NCBI GenBank assembly: GCA_002269645.1
Contig: NIVC01000338.1
Location: 1-64,000, forward strand
Direction of reading: 5' to 3'
Source: Macrostomum lignano
Taxonomy: Eukaryota
DNA length: 64,000 bases
Part shown: positions 10,110-22,971 of the stretch, in pieces
Layout of the letters: each line of letters opens with the position of its first letter
Numbering within the stretch: the first letter of the stretch is position 1
Made by a program: the position numbers and the translations under genes
The notes under the pieces: generated by a model
Told to the model about the DNA's origin: nothing
Seen by the model: only the letters and a program-made list of their open reading frames with translations
Database searches by the model: none

Positions 10110-13100
10110 ATGCCTGACTACTATCTGCACCTTCGCCGACATCGCCGAGGCAGCCACCTGGTGCTGGACGCCTGGCGTCGGCAGCTGCGCGATCGATTCG
10201 AGCTGGAGGAGGCCGGCGGCGGCGGAATCCTGCTGCTGACCCTGCTTGATGAGGCAGACGAAAGTTCTACCGCGCCTTTGACTGGCCACGAGCGGGCGGC
10301 CGCCTGCGCCCGTGCTCTGGCTCAGTGCCGCGCGGATGGGCCTCTGGCTGACGCTTTTGGCGGCAGCGGCGGCAGCGGAAGTGGCGGTACCTCCTGGCTG
10401 GATGCCGACCCTTCCTTGATGCGATTCTGCAAGCGAAAGGTGACCATTGCAATGGCTCCCTGATTGGCTCTCAGCTGCTGGGCCAGCCTCCCAGATCCTT
10501 AGTTGCTGGGCCACCGCCACCCTCCCAGATCCTCAGAACTGCTGGTCAACCCTCCCAGATCCCCAGTTTCTGGGCCAGCTTCCCAGATACTCAGTTGCTG
10601 GGCCAGCCTCCCAGATACTCAGTTTCTGGGCCAGTCTCCCAGATCCTCAGTTGCTGGGCCAGCCTCCCAGATACTCAGTTTCTGGGCCAGCCTCCCAGAT
10701 CCTCAGTTGCTGGGCCAGCCTCCCAGATCCTCAGTTGCTGGGCCAGCCTCCCAGATCCTCAGTTGCTGGGCCAGCTTCCCAGATCCCCAGTTGCTGGCCC
10801 AGCCTCCCAGATCCCCAGTTGCTGGGCCAGCCTCCCAGATCCCCAGTTGCTGGGCCAGCCTCCCAGATCCTTAGTTGCTGGGCCAGCCTCCCAGATCCTT
10901 AGTTGCTGGGCCACCGCCACCCTCCCAGATCCTCAGAACTGCTGGTCAACCCTCCCAGATCCCCAGTTGCTGGGCCAGCTTCCCAGATCCTCAGTTGCTG
11001 GGCCTGCCTCCCAGATCCTCAGTTGCTGGGCCAGCTTCCCAGATCCTCAGTTGCTGGGCCTGCTTCCCAGATCCCCAGTTGCTGGGCCAGCTTCCCAGAT
11101 CCTCAGTTGCTGGGCCAGCCTCCCAGATCTTCAGCTGCTGGGCCAGCCTCATAGATCCTCAGTTGCTGCGTCACCATCCCAACAAATTTCTTCACTGAAG
11201 CAGTTCTTGACTTTATTTCTGATCACGCATTTCCCTGCCGCAGGGCTTTCTCCGCTCCCACGGTCCCCTGCACCGGCCGTCGGAGGCCCGCTCCCTGTGG
11301 CGCCGCCTGCTGATGTCGGCGCGTCCACCAGTGGAGGAACTGCGCGCCTACTTCGGCGAGCCGGTGGCGCTGTACTTCGAGTGGATGCACTGCTACTCCT
11401 GCTGGCTGGGCCCGCCCGCCGTCTTCGGCCTGCTGCTCTGGCTGGCGTCGCTTCGGTCGGGCGTGTCGGTGGACAACAACCCCTACTTGTCGCTGTACGC
11501 TGTCGGCCTGTCAGTCTGGGGCTTCACATTTCTAAAATTGTGGCATCGGCGCGAAACGGAGCTGGCGCACGCCTGGGGCACCCTGGGACTCGTGCGGCTG
11601 GCGTCCAAGCTGAGGCCGGAGTTCTGGGGGCACAAGCGGATCAGCCCGGTCACCGGGGAGCTGGAGATTCATTATCCCAGGTGCGGCTTTGGGGTAATGA
11701 TGAGCCGATCCAAGCACTGAGTGAGAGCGGAGAGGCAGATTCAAGCACTGAGGGAGAGTGGAGAGGCAGATTCAAGCACTGGGGGAGAGCGGAGAGGCAG
11801 ATTCAAGCACTGAATGAGAGCGGAGAGGCAGATCCAAGCACTGAATGAGAGCGGTGAGGCAGATCCAAGCACTGAATGAGAGCGGAGAGGCAGATCCAAG
11901 CACTGGGGGAGAGCGGAGAGGCAGATCCAAGCACTGGGGGAGAGCGGAGAGGCAGATTCAAGCACTGAGGGAGAGCGCAGAGGCAGATTCAAGCACTGAG
12001 GGAGAGCGGTGAGGCAGATTCAAGCACTGAGGGAGAGCGGTGAGGCAGATTCAAGCACTGAGGGAGAGCGGAGAGGCAGATTCAAGCACTGAGGGAGAGC
12101 GGAGAGGCAGATTCAAACACTGAAATAATTTGAATAGCATTTTATTCTACAAAAACAGATGGCGCCGCCGTCTGAAGCAGACCTGCTCGGGCATAGCAAC
12201 CGTTGCTATGCTGCTAGTGGCACTGGCTTACACCGTGTGCAGCCTGAATCTGCAGGGCATGGTGGAGCCGGTGCACAGGTTCAACTACACCAACCCCTTC
12301 CACATCGCCGTACTGGCGGCTCAGGCCGGCCCCGGCCGCGTCTTCGACCGCACCTGCGCCTGGCGAGCTACCCTGGCCGCCGTGCTGCACTCCGCCGGCG
12401 TCTTCGTGCTCAACCGCCTGCTGTTCCGCCGGGTGGCCGAGGCTCTGACTAAATGGGAGAATCATCCCACCGTGGCCGAGCACGAGTCCGCTCTGGTGGG
12501 TGGGCAGCTTGGGGAGGTTTTGGGGCCACTCTTCACTGCTTCTGCACTACCGCACTTTTTATATTCTACTCTTTAGCAAGGTTTAGCACAGGTAGCGTCT
12601 TATCTTATCTACCCCCTCCTCGCTTATCTACCCACTCCTCGCTTATCATCTACCCTCTCCTCGCTTATCAACCCTCTCCTCGCTTATCTACCCACTCCTC
12701 GCTTATCATCTACCCTCTCCTCGCTTATCAACCCTCTCCTCGCTTATCTACCCACTCCTCGCTTATCTACCCACTCCTCGCTTATCTACCCTCTCCTCGC
12801 TTATCTACCCACTCCTCGCTTATCTACCCACTCCTCGCTTATCTACCCACTCCTCGCTTATCTACCCACTCCTCGCTTATCTACCCTCTCCTCGCTTATC
12901 TACCCTCTCCTCGCTTATCTACCCACTCCTCGCTTATCTACCCACTCCTCGCTTATCTACACACTCCTCGCTTATCTACCCACTCCTCGCTTATCTACCC
13001 ACTCCTCGCTTATCTACCCTCTCCTCGCTTATCTACCCACTCCTCGCTTATCTACCCACTCCTCGCTTATCTACCCACTCCTCGCTTATCTACACACTCC

Positions 13101-15508
13101 TCGCTTATCTACCCTCTCCTCGCTTATCCACCCTATCCTCGCTTATCTACCCTCTCCTCGCTTATCATCTACCCTCTCCTCACTTATCTACCCTCTCATC
13201 GCTTATCTACCCTCTCCTCTACCCACTCCTTATCCACCCTATCCTCGTTTATCTATCTAATTCTTGCTTATCTACCCTCTCCTCGCTTATCATCTACCCT
13301 CTCCTCGCTTATCAACCCTCTCCTCGCTTATCTACCCTCTCATCGCTTATCTACCCTCTCCTCACTTATCTACCCTCTCCTCGCTTATCAACCCTCTCCT
13401 CGCTTATCTACCCTCTCCTCGCTTATCTACCCTCTCCTCGCTTAGCCACCCTCTCCTCCCTTATCCACCCTGTCCTCTCCTATCTATATTTTTTCTCTTA
13501 CCTACTCACTTCCCGCTTCACCCACACTTCCCCGTGCCCGCCGCAGGTGCTGAAGCGCTACTGCCTGGAGGCGTTCGACTACTACGCCGCCCCGCTCTAC
13601 TTGGCCTTCTACGAGCTCGACGTGCTGGCGCTTCGCTCGGCGCTGTTCACCCTGTTCGTGGCCGACTGCCTCCGCCGACTCGCCACCGAGCTGGTGCTGC
13701 CCTACTGCCTGCTGCTCGCCCAGGACCGGGCCAGGCGACTCCGCGACGCTGCTGCCAAGAAGGCGGACGCCGATCAGCAGCCTCCTCAGCAACAGCAGCA
13801 GCAGCCGGCACTTCAAGAAGGCGACGCCGTTGATTCAATTCAAGACGCTCGGGCTGACAATTGCGTCACGGACAAGACCCTGCTAGCTGAAGTATCCAGC
13901 GATAAGTATGAGCAGTTCGACGACTACCTGGAGATGTGCATCCAGCATGGCTACATCCTGCTGTTCGCCTCCTCCTTCCCGCTGGCCTCCTTGTTGGCCA
14001 TCGTCACCAACGCTGTGGAGACCCGGTCTGACGCCTACAAGCTCTGCTTTGTGACCAGGTGACCCACTGGGGCTCTGCTTTGTGACCAGGTGACCCACTG
14101 GGGGCTCTGCTTTGTGACCAGGTGACCCACTGGGGGCTCTGCTTTGTGACCAGGTGACCCACTGGGGCTCTGCTTTGTGACCAGGTGACCCACTGGGGGC
14201 TCTGCTTTGTGACCAGGTGACCCACTGGGGCTCTGCTTTGTGACCAGGTGACCCACTGGGGGCTCTGCTTTGTGACCAGGTGACCCACTGGGGCTCTGCT
14301 TTGTGACCAGGTGACCCACTGGGGCTCTGCTTTGTGACCAGGTGACCCACTGGGGCTCTGCTTTGTGACCAGGTGACCCACTGGGGGGCTCTGCTTTGTG
14401 ACCAGGTGACCCACTGGGGCTCTGCTTTGTGACCAGGTGACCCACTGGGGCTCTGCTTTGTGACCAGGTGACCCACTGGGGCTCTGCTTTGTGACCAGGT
14501 GACCCACTGGGGCTCTGCTTTGTGACCAGGTGACCCACTGGGGCTCTGCTTTGTGACCAGGTGACCCACTGGGGCTCTGCTTTGTGACCAGGTGACCCAC
14601 TGGGGCTCTGCTTTGTGACCAGGTGACCCACTGGGGGCTCTGCTTTGTGACCAGGTGACCCACTGGGGGCTCTGCTTTGTGACCAGGTGACCCACTGGGG
14701 GCTCTGCTTTGTGACCAGGTGACCCACTGGGGGCTCTGCTTTGTGACCAGGTGACCCACTGGGGCTCTGCTTTGTGACCAGGTGACCCACTGGGGGGCTC
14801 TGCTTTGTGACCAGGTGACCCACTGGGGCTCTGCTTTGTGACCAGGTGACTCACTGGGGCTCTGCTTTGTGACCAGGTGACCCATTGGGGCCCTGCTTTG
14901 TGACCCGGTGACCCACTGGGGCTCTGCTTTGTGACCAGGTGACCCATTATTTATCTTTAAACCAGACGGAGAGAGTGAAGATTCCTTATTGGGGATTAAA
15001 TTGGGATCTGTGGACCATAAAAGGTGAGATTTTAGTGACTTTCGCTACATCTGTGGATAATTGGTGTTCCTGACTGGAGATTCGCGGTCCGAATAATCCT
15101 CTCGCTCTCCCAAACCCCTCTCGAAGGCGGCCGGTGGCTCCCGCGGGAGGCGCCCGCCAGTCCGCGGCCTGGCAGTCGGTGCTGGCGGCGCAGACCTGCC
15201 TGGCTGCGCTGACCAACGCGGTGATCATCTGCGTGTCCTCCGAGCAGCTGGCGGCCTGGCTGCCCGCCCTGTACGACTCCGTGATTGCCGACGCGGCGCC
15301 CGAGGCCATCATCGCTGCCGGCATGGGCCGCTATGTGGTTGCCGCGGCCTTCATCATCGAGCACCTCATCCTGCTGGCCGGGGCTCTGATTTACCTGTCA
15401 ATCAGCGACGTGCCCGCGTCTGTCAGGGTGGCCTTGGACAGGCGGCTGTTCCTGGCCGAGACGGCCGCGGCCGCAGCTGGTGATGCCGGGGTCAAGAAGA
15501 CTAATTAG
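10110..15508 (+). CDS. ANO10: Anoctamin (ANO10/TMEM16K-like). Exons 10110-10439, 11244-11680, 12159-12495, 13547-14058, 15127-15508 (665 aa)
   Basis: All introns are GT-AG with compatible phases (0, 2, 0, 2) and the total is 1998 nt. Motifs include ELRAYFGEPVALYFEW, WENHPT, FDDYLEMCIQHGYILLFASSFPLA, TNAVETRSDAYKLC and RRPV...W..V. An acceptor at 10083 suggests an upstream UTR exon or a trans-splice site. The ANO10 subfamily call is by motif resemblance only. Confidence 0.9.
10471..11168. repeat. Intronic minisatellite, 28-bp unit CTCAGTTGCTGGGCCAGCCTCCCAGATC (ANO10 intron 1)
   Basis: Direct tandem copies, with a higher-order duplicated variant block near 10497 and 10897. Confidence 0.95.
11706..12123. 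repeat. Intronic minisatellite, 31-bp unit GCGGAGAGGCAGATTCAAGCACTGAGGGAGA (ANO10 intron 2)
   Basis: About 13 tandem copies. Confidence 0.95.
12598..13490. repeat. Intronic minisatellite, about 19-bp unit CTCCTCGCTTATCTACCC(A/T) (ANO10 intron 3)
   Basis: Tandem pyrimidine-rich copies; these explain ORF 12453..13445. Confidence 0.95.
14041..14945. repeat. Minisatellite spanning the ANO10 exon 4/intron 4 junction, 31-33-bp unit GCTCTGCTTTGTGACCAG|GTGACCCACTGGG
   Basis: About 28 copies. The first copy's first 18 nt are the end of exon 4. Confidence 0.95.
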
Positions 15509-15519
15509 GCTGGAGCAGA

Positions 15520-15895
15520 CAGGTGGGAGTAGGTTAGACAGGTGGGAGTGGGGTAGACAGGTGGGAGTGGGGCAGACAGGTGAGAGTATGGTAGACAGGT
15601 GGGAGTGGGGTAGACAGGTGGGAGTGGGGTAGACCGGTGGTAGTAGGGTAGACAGGTGGGAGTGGGGTAGACAGGTGGGAGTGGGGTAGACAGGTGGGAG
15701 TAGGGTAGACAGGTGGGAGTGGGGTAGACAGGTGGGAGTAGGGTAGACAGGTGGGAGTAGGGTAGACAGGTGGGAGTGGGGTAGACAGGTGGGAGTAGGG
15801 TAGACAGGTGGGAGTAGGGTAGACAGGTGGGAGTGGGGTAGACAGGTGGGAGTGGGGTAGACAGGTGGGAGTGGGGTAGAAAGGTAGGAGGTGGG
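15520..15895. repeat. 19-bp minisatellite GTAGACAGGTGGGAGTGGG just after the ANO10 stop
   Basis: Tandem copies. Confidence 0.9.
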
Positions 15896-16167
15896 TACAT
15901 GTAGAGTGGTGGCAAGCCATGACTTATTAAACTCTGAAGCGCAGTCTCCCTATACCCAAGCCCAAGTATTTATTCCCCTAAATTTTGCCCAATCTCGTCA
16001 ATCGCTTTTTCGCTCTATAGCTGTTTAGTTCACGTGCTATTGCCGAGTGTAATCAGACAGACTTTTTATGATTCATTGTTGCGCGGTTTTACTACTACTC
16101 GTACTGAGTAGTCAGTTGATTGATAAACATATTTCAACTTGTAACTCGAATTTATTTATTCTCGATA

Positions 16168-16237
16168 ATAGCTGAATTCGAGCCCTGGACCTTTGTCACA
16201 ACAGAGAAAAGTTTTAGACCACTGCGCCACTGCAGCC
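16168..16237 (-). pseudogene. Degenerate tRNA-like sequence or tRNA-derived SINE head
   Basis: The minus strand reads GGCTGCAG-TGGCGCAGTGG (A box) ... AGGTCCAGGGCTCGAATTCAGC (degenerate B box). The anticodon and acceptor stems do not pair properly. Confidence 0.45.
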
Positions 16238-16544
16238 ACGTGTTTTCAGTTAAACGGTCCTGCTGAGAAAGTGCCTTTTTGAAGTTCAATTTAGTATTTT
16301 CATATTTATATCAATTCTAACCCTTGCTTATCTTGATACCAAGAAATATAGTCATTTGAATCCCGTAGCATTTCCCAGCGCCGGTTAGCAACAAGTATTA
16401 TTTAACCATTGCTAATGAAGCCAAAATCATGCCTTGAAATCAAATCATTTTTAGACCTTAGCAAGTGTTAAGATTTTTTAAAATAATATACTAAGTTACC
16501 GTTGCTTCTAGATACGAGGCGTCTTAGATTTCTATATTTTTTTC

Positions 16545-16972
16545 TGTACAGTTAAGATGTACACAGCATAGGATTCTGTACAGTTCAGATGTACACAGCA
16601 TAGGATTCTGTACAGTTCATATGTACATAGCATATGATTCTGTACAGTTCAGATGTACACAGCATAGGATTCTGTACAGTTCATATGTACATAGCATATG
16701 ATTCTGTACAGTTCAGATGTACACAGCATAAGATTATGTACAGTTCAGATGTACACAGCATAAGATTATGTACAGTTCAGATGTACACAGCATAAGATTA
16801 TGTACAGTTCAGATGTACACAGCATATGATTCTGTACAGTTCAGATGTACACAGCATAGGATTCTGTACAGTTCAAATGTACACAGCATAGGATTCTGTA
16901 CAGTTCAAATGTACACAGCATAGGATTCTGTACAGTTCAAATGTACACAGCATAGGATTCTGACAGTTCAGA
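16545..16972. repeat. 32-bp minisatellite CTGTACAGTTCAGATGTACACAGCATAGGATT
   Basis: About 13 copies, ending just upstream of the first visible COLGALT exon. Confidence 0.95.
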
Positions 16973-16997
16973 TGCATTCGCAAGCATTTTCCTTCAG

Positions 16998-19847
16998 CTT
17001 CTCTCGCTTTGGCCTCATCTTCTGCTTTGCTGCATCGCAGCGGCTGTCGGCTTGGCCTCAGCCTCCTTAGCCAGCCTATCAGCCTCATCATCCTCAACTA
17101 GTGCGCCATCAATTCTGGTGGCTGTGCCGGCGCGCAACAAGGCGCACTCGCTGGGCCGCGCTCTGGCCTGCCTGCGGCGCCAGCGCTACCCGAAACGTCG
17201 CCTCGGTCTTCTGCTGATGACGGACCACAGCTCTGACGGCTCCGCCGCGGTGGCTGCCGACTGGTGCCGAGCCCTCCGACCCTGGTACGCCTTCGTGCAG
17301 CTGGTGGTGAGTCCGGAACTGTTCTCAATGATTCAGCAAGTAGAAAGCGAAACTCTTAGCAATCCATTTGTTTGCAATGGGAATAAAACCCAACTTAGGC
17401 GCTGAGTAGAAAATAATTGAAGGAGACTGGTCCGAACAGATTGAATAGTGTGGTTGCAAAAGTCCAACGGCATAACAGAGGCATAATCCACCCCAACATG
17501 TACGCAGGCCCTGCAGTAACCCCCTGCCCAGCAACACCCACCCCAACATGAACGCAGGCCCTGCAGTAACCCCCTGCCCAGCACCACCCACCCCAACATG
17601 AACGCAGGCCCTGCAGTAACCCCCTGCCCAGCACCACCCACCCCAACATGAACGCAGGCCCTGCAGTACCCCCTGCCCAGCACCACCCACCCCAACATGA
17701 ACGCAGGCCCTGCAGTAACCCCCTGCCCAGCACCACCCACCCCAACATGAACGCAGGCCCTGCAGTACCCCTGCCCAGCACCACCCACCCCAACATGAAC
17801 GCAGGCCCTGCAGTAACCCCTGCCCAGCACCACCCACCCCAACATGAACGCAGGCCCTGCAGTAACCCCTGCCCAGCACCACCCACCCCAACATGAACGC
17901 AGGCCCTGCAGTAACCCCCTGCCCAGCACCACCCACCCCAACATGAACGCAGGCCCTGCAGTACCCCCTGCCCAGCACCACCCACCCCAACATGAACGCA
18001 GGCCCTGCAGTAACCCCCTGCCCAATGCCATCCAATTAAAAGAAGAGCTCTCAATGGAGCCGCTGTTACGTCTGGCTAACTCGGCCTAAAGTAGCCCAAA
18101 GACGAGTCGCATTTGATCAGTTCGAGCATTATTTAAGTAGCTTTGGCTAGTCACACAAATCGTAACTTAGTCAAGCTTCTAAGGCATTCTGGGGCCTAAG
18201 TTTCCAACCATACTGCTGGCAGTAGCGCTACAAGAGTTTGGCTGCTTTCCCCGCTCTCAGGAGGAGACGGAGCCCTCCTCCTACCCTGGCGAGACCGACC
18301 AGCTGCATTGGCCGGAGGCCCGCATGCGCCACCTGCTGGGCCTTCGTCAGCGAGCCCTGACTGCTGCCACCAGACTCGGCTTCGACTTCCTGCTTCTGCT
18401 AGATGCCGATGCGCTGCTGACCGAGCCGACAACCCTGTCCGCCCTGGCCGCTCTCGGCCGCCCAGCCGTCGCTCCGCTGCTGCTCACCGGCCGGCCGAAT
18501 TCTCTGGCCGCGAATTTCTGGTCAGCCATCGGCCCGGACGGATTCTACAGGCGCGGCCGGGACTACGCCAGGGTGCAGGCCCGCCAGCCCGGCTGGGTTG
18601 GACTGCAGCCAGCCGCCGTGCTGCACACCTGCGTGCTGCTGCGCACCCGGCTGGACGTCGCACTGCACCCTCCGCCTGCCGACTATCCGGCCAGCTGGCC
18701 CATTGACGACCTGCCGCTGTTCTACTGGGTTGCCCGGCGGCTCCGGCCTCGCATTGACAACCGACGAGTGTACGGCTTTTATCCGCCATCTCCGGAGTCG
18801 ATTGACGGCCTGTCCGCAGCCCTGCTGGAGCGGGGCGCCTTCCGACGCCTGCTGACCGACCTGCGGGATCAGCTGGCGACGCCTGTTCCGCATCCTCATC
18901 CGCATCCACATCCGCATCTGCATCCTCATCCACATCCATATCCGCATCCGCATCCGCGTTCATATCCGCATCCGCATCCTCATCCGCATCCACATCCGCA
19001 TCCGCATCCGCATCCACATCCGCATCCACATCCGCATCCGCATCCGCATCCGCATCGGGATCCGCCGCCCGTGTTTATCATTGGCCTCGCGCGCCGTCCG
19101 GAGCGCCTTGCTCGCCTGTCTGCCGCCCTGTCGGACGCCGGCTGGCCTTATCAGCCGGTGCGCGCAGTCGACTGGCGCAGCCTTCGTCGCCGACGCCGCC
19201 GGAGACCGCTGCGGCAGCTGCCCGGCTACCGGGATCCCGCAACCGGCCGGCCGCTGACTCTGGGCGAAGCCGCCTGCCTGATGAGCCATCGGACTGTCTG
19301 GCGGCGAATTCGTCGGCTCCGGCTGGCCCGCGCCATCGTTCTGGAGGACGACGCCGACTTGTCGGCCGAATTCGAAGCGCTGGCGGAGGCGGCGCTCGCC
19401 GAAGCCGACGCCCTGCCCGCCTGGGATCTGCTGTACCTGGGCCGCAAGCCGCTGCTAGCGGGCGCGGAGACCCGGGTGCCGGGCAGCCGCTGGCTGGTGA
19501 GGCCGAACTACTCACACTGGACGGTGGCCTACGTGCTCAGCCTGTCGGGCGCCAGGAAGCTGCTCAGCCTGCGCTCGCTGCCCGACCGTCTGCTACCTGT
19601 TGATGAGCTGCTGCCTGCCGCCTCGGGCGTCAGCCCGCACTTTTGGTCCAGCGACGCTGTCGGGTTGTATGCCGACCGGCTGGCGGCCCTGTCTATCTGG
19701 CCGCTGCCGGTGGAGCCGCACAGGTACACCGGGATGCCGGGTCACCGGAGCGACACCGAGGATGCGCCTCCGCTTTGGTCACCGGAGCGGCTGGTCTTTG
19801 AGCGACTCGTTTTTGAGTCCAACTGGTGTCCGCGGCCTGAGTTCTGA
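16998..19847 (+). CDS. COLGALT1: Procollagen galactosyltransferase (COLGALT/GLT25D-like). Exons 16998-17306 and 18261-19847; the start codon is probably in an unlocated upstream exon
   Basis: Motifs include [16 protein letters not shown]...[80 protein letters not shown] and [19 protein letters not shown]. The intron is phase-0 GTGAGT...CAG. Confidence 0.92.
17490..18025. repeat. 50-bp intronic minisatellite (COLGALT intron)
   Basis: Unit CCCCAACATGAACGCAGGCCCTGCAGTAACCCCCTGCCCAGCACCACCCA, about 10 copies. Confidence 0.95.
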
Positions 19848-20282
19848 GGGCTCCGGCTACTTTTGTACTTTTGCATAAGTGCACATGTACTCCTCTTCAG
19901 CATTTGTCTGCTTTATTAACCAAGGTTTAATTTTTTACATACAAGCTTTGCGGCTAAAGCAAATATGATTTTTATCGGCAGCTGTTCAAAGTACCTGCTG
20001 ATGCGCAGCACTAAAATTGCCTTTGAATTGCCTGTTTTAACTTTAAATTGCATTTCAGTATTATTGTTTGACACCGTCTGACTGGTACCGTTAATATGAA
20101 TGAATTCAACTCGAAATAAACGCGTACAGATGGCCAGTTCAAAGCACTGTAGCGTTATTTAATTACTTAATATAAATAATTCCTTTCTAAACATTTTTTA
20201 CTTTTACTGCGCTTTTCTTTTTGAAGCTACCAAAACTCCTGGAGGTCTTTCGTTACTTTGACCTCCCTTACCTCCCTGACCT

Positions 20283-20318
<36 letters not shown>

Positions 20319-20944
20319 CTCCTTTCTCTGACCTCCCTTCTTCTCTGACCTCCCTTCTTCTCTGACCTCCCTTCTTCTCTGACCTCTCTTCTCTCTGACC
20401 TCCCTCCCCTCATTGACCCTCCTCCCTTCTCTGACCTCCCTCCCCTCATTGACCCTCCTCCCCTTCTGACCTCCCTCGCTATTACAAGAGAGCAGACAAA
20501 TTTTGCCGTTCACTTAGAAGCAATAACATAAGCCGTTAAAGTGCATCAATCATGATAGTTAAGTGACGTCGCTACAGATCCATTTGTCATTTACAAATGG
20601 GAATTACGAGTATTATCTAGGGATTGGGAGGTTTATTGCCTCCCCTTGTAGACGTCAGATGTTACTCAAATAGGATCAGACTGCTCCAGTCCTGATTCAG
20701 AAATTAATAGCCTACTCTGGCAATCTCTTAACCTTGTAGCTGTTTGTCTGCTTTGGTGTGTCGGGGTTTTCTGCCAGGATTTTTTACTTAGGAAGTAGAA
20801 GTGCCAAAGGGAATTGTACCCCAGCAGCTTAACCGAAAAAATAGCAATTTTCCTCAGTAGTAGTACCGCCAATAAGAATTACCCCTGTTGGTAATTCTAC
20901 TGGATCTACTGAAGATACTAAACAGTAGATCAGTTGAACCACTG

Positions 20945-21595
20945 GGGAGAATTCCTTCTAGCAGTATTACCACCAAGGAGAACTCCCCTAGAGGTATTAC
21001 CTCCAAGGAGAATTCCCCTAGAGGTATTACCACCAAAGATAATTCCCCTAGCAGTATTACCACCAAGGAGAATTCCCCTAGAGGTATTACCTCCAAGGAG
21101 AATTCCCCTAGAGGTATTAACACCAAAGGTAATTCCCCTAGCAGTATTACCACCAAGGAGAATTCCCCTAGAGGTATTACCACCAAAGAGAATTCCCCTA
21201 TCAGTATTACCCACCAAGGAGAATTCCCCTAGCAGTATTACCTCCAAGGGGAATTCCCCTAGAGGTATTACCACCAAAGAGAATTCCCCTAGCAGTATTA
21301 CCTCCAAGGAGAATTCCCCTTAGCAGTATTATAACCAAGGAGAATTCCCCTAGAGGTATTACCTCCAAGGAGAATTCCCCTAGAGGTATTACCACCAAAG
21401 ATAATTCCCCTAGCAGTATTACCACCAAGGAGAATTCCCCTAGCAGTATTACCACCAAGGGGAATTCCCCTAGAGGTATTACTACCAAAGAGAATTCCCC
21501 TAGCAGTATTACCTCCAAGGAGAATTCCCCTTAGCAGTATTATAACCAAGGAGAATCCACCTAGCAGTATTACCGCTAAGGAGGATTCCCCCTAG
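20945..21595. repeat. 30-bp minisatellite GAATTCCCCTAGCAGTATTACCACCAAGGA
   Basis: About 21 diverged tandem copies, intergenic. Confidence 0.95.
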
Positions 21596-22167
21596 CAATG
21601 GTAGTGCCGATAAAATTTTATCCAATCTGTAGAACTACCACGTAGAATCCTCCGCTGTAATAGAACAGCCAAGGGGAATTCCCTAACAAGCAATCCTAGA
21701 AGAACTGTAACCAAGCAAAAGTTATTCTAGCGAAGGAAATTACCTCCAGGTGTAATTCCCATGGTCTCAAACGCTGTTGACATGACTCCAGATGAGTCAT
21801 GTTTCACCCTCATCGCCAGCCTGACAATATTCACACTCACAATCTGAGCACAATAGTTGCCAGGCTTATTATTTTACTCAGAATTATGCTCTCATAAATC
21901 GCCAACCCTAAAGAAAGAAGCAGAGCCGATCCCAAAGAGCCGACTTCAGCCAGGCAGTAAAAGGCTGCACCTCATAGGTCCAAGTTTTGGCCGGGCAGCA
22001 GCCCCCTCCCGACGCGCGCTGCATTTGCGTGGAATTTCAATGCACCAGCTGGCTTCGCTGAGCTTCTGCCGCGAGAGACGGTGCGAGTCGGTCAGGCTGC
22101 TAAAATTCATTACCGGAGAGTCCGGCTCAGGTCTCAGCAAGGAGCTCTAGTGATCGGTCGGCTGTAT

Positions 22168-22830
22168 ACAGATCTAGCTGCGTCTACAGGTCTACTCAAT
22201 CTACAGATCTAGCTGCGTCTACAGGTCTACTCAATCTACAGATCTAGCTGCGTCTACAGGTCTACTCAATCTACAGATCTAGCTGCGTCTACAGGTCTAC
22301 TTAATCTACAGATCTAGCTGCGTCTACAGGTCTACTTATTAATCTACAGATCTAGCTGCGTCTACAGGTCTACTCAATCTACAGATCTAGCTGCGTCTAC
22401 AGGTCTACTCAATCTACAGATTTAGCTGCGTCTACAGGTCTACTTATTAATCTACAGATCTAGCTGCGTCTACAGGTCTACTTAATCTACAGATCTAGCT
22501 GCGTCTACAGGACTACTTATTAATCTACAGATCTAGCTGCGTCTACAGGTCTACTTAATCTACAGATCTAGCTGCGTCTACAGGTCTACTTAATCTACAG
22601 ATCTAGCTGCGCCTACAGGTCTTTAATCTACAGATCTAGCTGCGTCTACAGGTCTACTTAATCTACAGATCTAGCTGCGTCTACAGGTCTACTTAATCTA
22701 CAGATGTAGCTGCGCCTACAGGTCTTTAATCTACAGATCTAGCTGCGTCTACAGGTCTTTAATCTACAGATCTAGCTGCGTCTACAGGTCTACCTAATTT
22801 ACAGTTCTAGCTGCGTCTACAGACGTACTC
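22168..22830. repeat. About 35-bp minisatellite CTACAGATCTAGCTGCGTCTACAGGTCTACTTAAT
   Basis: Tandem copies upstream of the first visible channel exon. Confidence 0.95.
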
Positions 22831-22971
22831 TTTCTGTAGATCTAATCTACCTACGTAGATCTAGTTGCGATCTGCGATATCTATAGATCTATACAGTGAT
22901 TACCTATAGATCTGCTACATTTAGATACCAATCTACAGATCAAGAAGAGAATCTACGGACCTGCCAATCAG

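Noticed and set aside
16168-16237. Functional tRNA gene
   Set aside because: The A box is good, but the B box is degenerate and the stems do not close; kept only as a tRNA-like remnant.
20945-21690. NF-kB site array (GGGAATTCCC-like)
   Set aside because: Most units read GGAGAATTCCCC, which misses the consensus, and only 2-3 match; best explained as minisatellite sequence.
21857-22150. Candidate first exon of the K+-filter channel
   Set aside because: No signal-peptide-like reading and only a weak donor, so it was left out of the model.
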